DNA from: Sphingobacteriales bacterium
Lineage (GTDB): Bacteria; Bacteroidota; Bacteroidia; Cytophagales; 172606-1
Direction: 5' to 3'
Length of the DNA stretch: 64,000 bases
NCBI GenBank assembly: GCA_031424975.1
Contig: JANPIL010000141.1
Coordinates: 7,293-71,292, forward strand
Below the pieces are notes generated by a model, which did no database searches, was not told the origin of the DNA, and saw nothing but the letters and a program-made list of their open reading frames with translations. Of this stretch, positions 59,505 through 64,000 are shown one piece after another. The position numbers and the translations under genes were made by a program. Every line of letters begins with the position of its first letter. The stretch's first letter is position 1.

Positions 59505-61646
59505 TTACTTTGCCCCCTTTATTCTGGCAATCTCTACTTCTGCCAAGTTAGAAGGCAGTATTTCGTAGTGCGAAAACGTCAAACTGGCAGCAGCTCGACC
59601 TGAGGTGATTGTCCGTAGGTCTGTTACATACCCGAACAATTTTGATAGCGGCACATCGGCCTTTACAACTTGGGAACCAGCTTTACTATCCATTCCTTTC
59701 ATCACGCCACGACGCCGGTTCAAGTCACCAGTAACAGGGCCGGTGAATTCATCGGGGGTTATAACCTCCACGCTCATTATTGGTTCAAGCAATTTGGGGC
59801 CGGCTTGCTTTGCTGCTTCCCGGAAACCATCGCGGGCGGCTATCTCAAAGGAAAGCGAATCCGAATCCACGTCATGATAGGAGCCATGGAACAATCGGAT
59901 TTTCATGTTATCCAATGGAAACCCTGCTAATGTGCCAGTTTTCATGGCTTCCGCAAAGCCTTTTTCCACTGCCGGAATAAATTCCCGTGGAATCACACCG
60001 CCCACAATTCCATTTACAAACTGGAAACTCAAGGTGGGATTAGCTACTTTCCACTCCTCATCTACTGGGCTCATTTCAAACACGATGTCCGCAAATTTTC
60101 CACGGCCACCGGTTTGTTTCTTGAACAATTCACGGTGTTCAACCGACTTAGTGATGGTTTCCTTGAAAGCGACTTGTGGCGCACCTTGATTGATTTCAAC
60201 ATTGAATTCACGCCGCATCCGGTCAATAATAATCTCCAAGTGCAACTCACCCATACCTCTCAGAATGGTTTGACCTGTCTCCTGATCCGTTTCCACACGG
60301 AGCGTAGGATCTTCCTCCACCAACTTTGTAATGGCATTGCTCAACTTATCGGCATCCGCTTGTTTCTTAGGCTCAATAGCATACCCGATTACCGGCTCGG
60401 GGAAACTCATTGATTCAAGTATGATAGGCTTATCTTCAAACACAAGTGTGTCGCCGGTTTTTATATCCTTGAAGCCCACACCTGCCGCAATATCACCCGC
60501 CTCCACCTTGTCAATCGGGTTTTGTTTGTTGGCATGCATCTGCATCAGGCGAGAAATGCGTTCTTTTTTGCCGGTACGCATATTTAATACGTAAGACCCC
60601 GCATCCAAGAAGCCGGAATACACACGAAAGAATGCCAGACGACCTACGTAAGGATCAGTGGCAATTTTGAAAGCCAAGGCAGCAAAAGGTTCCTTGTTAT
60701 CCGCTTTCCTTTCCTCTTCCTTTCCCGTATCCGGATTTTCCCCTTTAACGGGAGGCAAATCCATGGGAGACGGCAAGTATGCCATCACAGCATCCAGCAT
60801 GGTCTGTACGCCTTTGTTTTTGAAAGCAGAACCGCACAACACTGGGGTTATATCCATGGCTATCGTCGCCTTACGGATAGCAACCATCAGTTCGTCGCGG
60901 GTGATGGTATCAGGGTTATCAAAGAATTTTTCCAGCAACTTGTCATCATATTCGGCAATCGACTCCACCAGATATTGCCGCCACTCATTAGCCGTTTCCA
61001 CTAAGTCTTCCGGAATCTCAACTACTTTGTAAGTCTTGCCTTTATCCTCCTCATTCCAAATAATTCCTTGCATAGTCAGCAAGTCCACTACGCCCTTGAA
61101 CTGGGCTTCAGCCCCAATGGGAATTTGCAAGGGAACGGGCTTAGCACTGAGTTTTTCCTTTATCTCCTTTACGCAATTGTAGAAGTCAGCACCATCACGA
61201 TCCATCTTGTTGACAAAACAGAGGCGGGGCACACCATATTTGTTGGCTTGCCGCCATACTGTTTCGGATTGAGGTTCGACACCCGAAACCGCATCAAACA
61301 ATGCCACCGCACCATCAAGCACACGCAAAGAACGTTCGACTTCCACAGTAAAATCCACGTGGCCGGGTGTGTCAATCAGGTTAATCTCGTATGTTTTGGT
61401 GACACCTGCAATAGGATCACCTTGTTCGGTCGGGTAATTCCACTGCGAATGGGTAGCGGCAGACGTAATCGTGATTCCTCGCTCCTGTTCCTGCACCATC
61501 CAATCCATTGTGGCGGCACCATCATGGACTTCCCCTATCTTATGGGTTCTTCCGGTATAATAAAGAATGCGTTCACTTGTGGTGGTTTTACCAGCATCAA
61601 TGTGAGCCATGATGCCAATGTTGCGCAGATAATGTAAATCGGCCAT
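59505..61646 (-). CDS. fusA: Elongation factor G
   Basis: [23 protein letters not shown]. Confidence 0.98.
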   Translation of the reverse strand: MADLHYLRNIGIMAHIDAGKTTTSERILYYTGRTHKIGEVHDGAATMDWMVQEQERGITITSAATHSQWNYPTEQGDPIAGVTKTYEINLIDTPGHVDFTVEVERSLRVLDGAVALFDAVSGVEPQSETVWRQANKYGVPRLCFVNKMDRDGADFYNCVKEIKEKLSAKPVPLQIPIGAEAQFKGVVDLLTMQGIIWNEEDKGKTYKVVEIPEDLVETANEWRQYLVESIAEYDDKLLEKFFDNPDTITRDELMVAIRKATIAMDITPVLCGSAFKNKGVQTMLDAVMAYLPSPMDLPPVKGENPDTGKEEERKADNKEPFAALAFKIATDPYVGRLAFFRVYSGFLDAGSYVLNMRTGKKERISRLMQMHANKQNPIDKVEAGDIAAGVGFKDIKTGDTLVFEDKPIILESMSFPEPVIGYAIEPKKQADADKLSNAITKLVEEDPTLRVETDQETGQTILRGMGELHLEIIIDRMRREFNVEINQGAPQVAFKETITKSVEHRELFKKQTGGRGKFADIVFEMSPVDEEWKVANPTLSFQFVNGIVGGVIPREFIPAVEKGFAEAMKTGTLAGFPLDNMKIRLFHGSYHDVDSDSLSFEIAARDGFREAAKQAGPKLLEPIMSVEVITPDEFTGPVTGDLNRRRGVMKGMDSKAGSQVVKADVPLSKLFGYVTDLRTITSGRAAASLTFSHYEILPSNLAEVEIARIKGAK

Positions 61647-61822
61647 AATTCTGATTACCTGTCGGTAGTAATGTTTGGTTTTTTTAAAGCGGGTTCGATT
61701 CTCACAAGAAAAGCGGACAATTCAGCCGCTTTTCCTTGCAGACGGAACAAGGTGGTTTAACTTTTTGAGAAAGATTGCCTCCGTTTAAATTTCAGGCATT
61801 CCATCCGGCTTTGCACCCTACA

Positions 61823-62290
61823 TCAGAATCTGAAGTGCGAGAAAGCTTTGTTTGCATCGGCCATGCGGTGCGTGTCATCTTTCTTTTTCACTGCGGCACC
61901 TTCGCCTTTGGCAGCGGCAACAATTTCGCCCGCCAGCCTTTCGGTCATTGTCTTCTCTCCTCGCCGACGCGAATACATAATCATCCACTTGATTCCCAAT
62001 GCCTGCTTCCTTTCGGGGCGAATCTCCGTGGGTACCTGGAATGTTGCACCACCCACTCGGCGGCTGCGTACTTCCACACCGGGCATAATGTTGTTCAAAG
62101 CTTTTCTCCAAATGTCCAAGCCATTTTCGCTGGTGCGTTTGGACACCATTTCAACCGCGTCGTAGAAAATAGCATACGCGGTGCTTTTCTTGCCATCATA
62201 CATCAGAGAATTAACAAATTTGGTCACCAGCACATCCTTGAACTTAGGATCGGGCAATACGTAGCGTTTTTTGGGTTTCGACTTTCTCAT
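61823..62290 (-). CDS. rpsG: 30S ribosomal protein S7
   Basis: [20 protein letters not shown]. Confidence 0.98.
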   Translation of the reverse strand: MRKSKPKKRYVLPDPKFKDVLVTKFVNSLMYDGKKSTAYAIFYDAVEMVSKRTSENGLDIWRKALNNIMPGVEVRSRRVGGATFQVPTEIRPERKQALGIKWMIMYSRRRGEKTMTERLAGEIVAAAKGEGAAVKKKDDTHRMADANKAFSHFRF

Positions 62291-62451
62291 GGCTTTCGTG
62301 TGTGTTTACACAGCGCTTCTCCGGAATTTTACCACCGAATACTCACGATATTTTGTGTTTTTATGAAATATATAAGTTGAATGGCGAATTTTACTTACTT
62401 AAAACGCACTGTTTTCTTCGGCTGCTTTTTTCCAAAAACCTTTCTGCCCGG

Positions 62452-62853
62452 CTATTTCTTTTTGGCCGGTGCTGGCTGACCCGGTTTCGGTCTTTTCGCG
62501 CCGTACTTTGAACGCCCTTGCTTACGGTTGGCTACGCCAGCCGTGTCCAACGCGCCACGCACAATGTGGTAGCGAACACCCGGCAAATCCTTCACCCTGC
62601 CACCTCGGATAAGCACGATTGAGTGTTCCTGCAAATTGTGCCCCTCGCCCGGAATGTACGCGTTCACTTCCTTCGTATTACTCAAACGGATGCGAGCTAC
62701 CTTGCGCAAAGCTGAATTCGGCTTCTTTGGCGTAGTCGTGTACACGCGGGTACACACTCCCCGGCGCTGCGGGCATGAATCCAAGGCGGGTGATTTGGAC
62801 TTAAACTCCAGCTTTACCCTTCCCTTGCGTACTAACTGTTGGATGGTTGGCAT
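62452..62853 (-). CDS. rpsL: 30S ribosomal protein S12
   Basis: [21 protein letters not shown]. Confidence 0.98.
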   Translation of the reverse strand: MPTIQQLVRKGRVKLEFKSKSPALDSCPQRRGVCTRVYTTTPKKPNSALRKVARIRLSNTKEVNAYIPGEGHNLQEHSIVLIRGGRVKDLPGVRYHIVRGALDTAGVANRKQGRSKYGAKRPKPGQPAPAKKK

Positions 62854-62902
62854 TTATGAATAATTTTTGGCGTTGCTTGATTGGGTTTTTATTTTGGGAA
62901 TG

Positions 62903-62910
62903 CAAAATTA
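62903..62910 (-). promoter_or_regulatory. Bacteroidota -7 promoter element (rpsL)
   Basis: TAATTTTG on the - strand, about 50 bp before the ATG. Confidence 0.6.
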
Positions 62911-62981
62911 GGGCTTTCCGTGAGGAATACAAAAATCTTATACAATTTTTCCATCGCGTTCTGATTTGGCTCCTGCCAAAA

Positions 62982-63016
62982 GCAAAAAGTCGCGGTTGTG
63001 AACTGCGACTTTTTGC
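62982..63016 (-). terminator. Hairpin downstream of purE
   Basis: GCAAAAAGTCGC-loop-GCGACTTTTTGC. Confidence 0.7.
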
Positions 63017-63075
63017 GTAGAACCAATGAAAATGCCCCTTTCAGGCTATCTGAAACGCTTGTGTGCCTACCCTCG

Positions 63076-63104
63076 AAAATAGTATCTTTCTAAAACCCGA
63101 AACC
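63076..63104 (+). repeat. Motif A copy (first after the motif desert)
   Basis: AAAATAGTATCTTTCTAAAACCCGAAACC. Confidence 0.9.
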
Positions 63105-63127
63105 TGTAATCCGAAATTTCAGATTGG

Positions 63128-63616
63128 TTAGAATTGGGGCTGGTTAAGACGTTCATTCATTTTTTCGACCCGGTTTTTCAATTCCTCCTTGTAGCGAGCC
63201 AGCTTGTCGGCAATCTTCTCGTCAGACACGCTCAGGATCTGAGCGGCCAAAATGGCGGCATTTTTTGCGCCATCTAACGCAACCGTGGCTACCGGAACGC
63301 CGCCGGGCATTTGCAATATGGACAGTATGGAATCCCAGCCGTCAATGGAATTGGAGGATTTGACGGGAACCCCGATGACTGGCAAGGTTGTCATGGCGGC
63401 TACCATGCCGGGCAGATGCGCCGCGCCGCCCGCCCCGGCAATGATTACTTTAATGCCACGTCCGCGGGCATTTTGCGCGTATTCCACCATGCGCAGTGGT
63501 GTGCGGTGTGCCGACACAACGGATATTTCGTAAGGGATATTCAATTCCTGCAACATATTGGCCGCGTCTGACATGACCCTGAAATCAGATTCGCTACCCA
63601 TGATTATTCCTATCAT
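63128..63616 (-). CDS. purE: N5-CAIR mutase
   Basis: [32 protein letters not shown]. Confidence 0.97.
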   Translation of the reverse strand: MIGIIMGSESDFRVMSDAANMLQELNIPYEISVVSAHRTPLRMVEYAQNARGRGIKVIIAGAGGAAHLPGMVAAMTTLPVIGVPVKSSNSIDGWDSILSILQMPGGVPVATVALDGAKNAAILAAQILSVSDEKIADKLARYKEELKNRVEKMNERLNQPQF

Positions 63617-63698
63617 ATATTTATTTGAATGCAATTGAAAATATGGCTTTGCAACCGTTAATATTTTTCATGGAAAAAATAACATTATTTCCCGAATG

Positions 63699-63706
63699 CA
63701 AATATA
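63699..63706 (-). promoter_or_regulatory. Bacteroidota -7 promoter element (purE)
   Basis: TATATTTG on the - strand. Confidence 0.5.
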
Positions 63707-63771
63707 ACGACTTTTCACGGCGGCGAGAAAGGGTTTACAAAGAATTTTGTGTTGGCTGGATGGCGATTGAC

Positions 63772-63800
63772 AAAATAGTATCTTCCGAATGTGCCAAACC
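63772..63800 (+). repeat. Motif A copy
   Basis: AAAATAGTATCTTCCGAATGTGCCAAACC. Confidence 0.88.
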
Positions 63801-63814
63801 CACCTTCCCCACGC

Positions 63815-64000
63815 TCAGCGACTGAGTACTTTCAGTTTTTTCCGCACTAAAGCCACCTTGCCACCCAATGAATCGGGATTGTCGTCGATGATGGTGACGT
63901 GACCCATCTTGCGGAATGGCTTGGTCATCGCTTTGCCGTACAAATGTGGATACACGCCCGGCATTTCCAACACCTCATTCATTCCTTTATAATACGCACT
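63815..64000 (-). CDS. purK: N5-CAIR synthase, C-terminal fragment (gene enters from the right edge)
   Basis: Hand translation ..HLYGKAMTKPFRKMGHVT..KLKVLSR*; adjacent to purE. Confidence 0.88.
   Translation of the reverse strand, partial: SAYYKGMNEVLEMPGVYPHLYGKAMTKPFRKMGHVTIIDDNPDSLGGKVALVRKKLKVLSR

Noticed and set aside
59398-61822. Absence of tuf from the str operon; long tails on L17 and S3
   Set aside because: These are normal for Bacteroidota.
2877-63800. Motif A as the Bacteroidota housekeeping promoter
   Set aside because: It does not contain TAnnTTTG, true -7 elements occur separately, and it sits in both orientations relative to genes and after stop codons.
63815-63850. Possible frameshift in the purK A-run
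   Set aside because: A recount gives six bases, so the frame is intact to TGA at 63815.
1-64000. Transposase, integrase, rRNA or tRNA genes
   Set aside because: None recognised. The enzymes acting on the repeats and cassettes, if any, must be encoded outside this window.

Overview
This is a Bacteroidota chromosome segment, probably Cytophagales (TAnnTTTG promoters, gldG, a T9SS-type C-terminal domain, str-S10-spc-alpha operon without tuf). Bases 1-43.6 kb hold GC-rich housekeeping and accessory genes (pyrH, frr, treS-mak, glgE, pyrE, xseB, gldG, MutS-domain protein, TonB receptor, carA), interrupted by AT-rich islands. Bases 43.7-62.9 kb hold the ribosomal superoperon, which is unexpectedly AT-rich, followed by purE/purK. 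There are three main non-coding signals. (1) A non-palindromic 29-bp motif (Motif A, consensus AAAATAGTAT-STTT-YNRAA-NNSCC-AAACC): I counted 36 copies by eye, about 1 per 1.2 kb left of 42.4 kb, both intergenic and inside genes in at least four reading frames, with no full copy between 42.5 and 63.0 kb. (2) Small 20-24-bp hairpin elements inserted without target duplication into the core of Motif A and into a REP-like repeat, including an in-frame 8-codon insertion in a biotin-carrier gene. (3) Two integron-like cassette arrays with attC-like sites that begin with an identical 24-bp attI-like sequence; no integrase is in the window. Repeat coordinates and GC values were read by hand, and product names come from recognised motifs rather than database searches.
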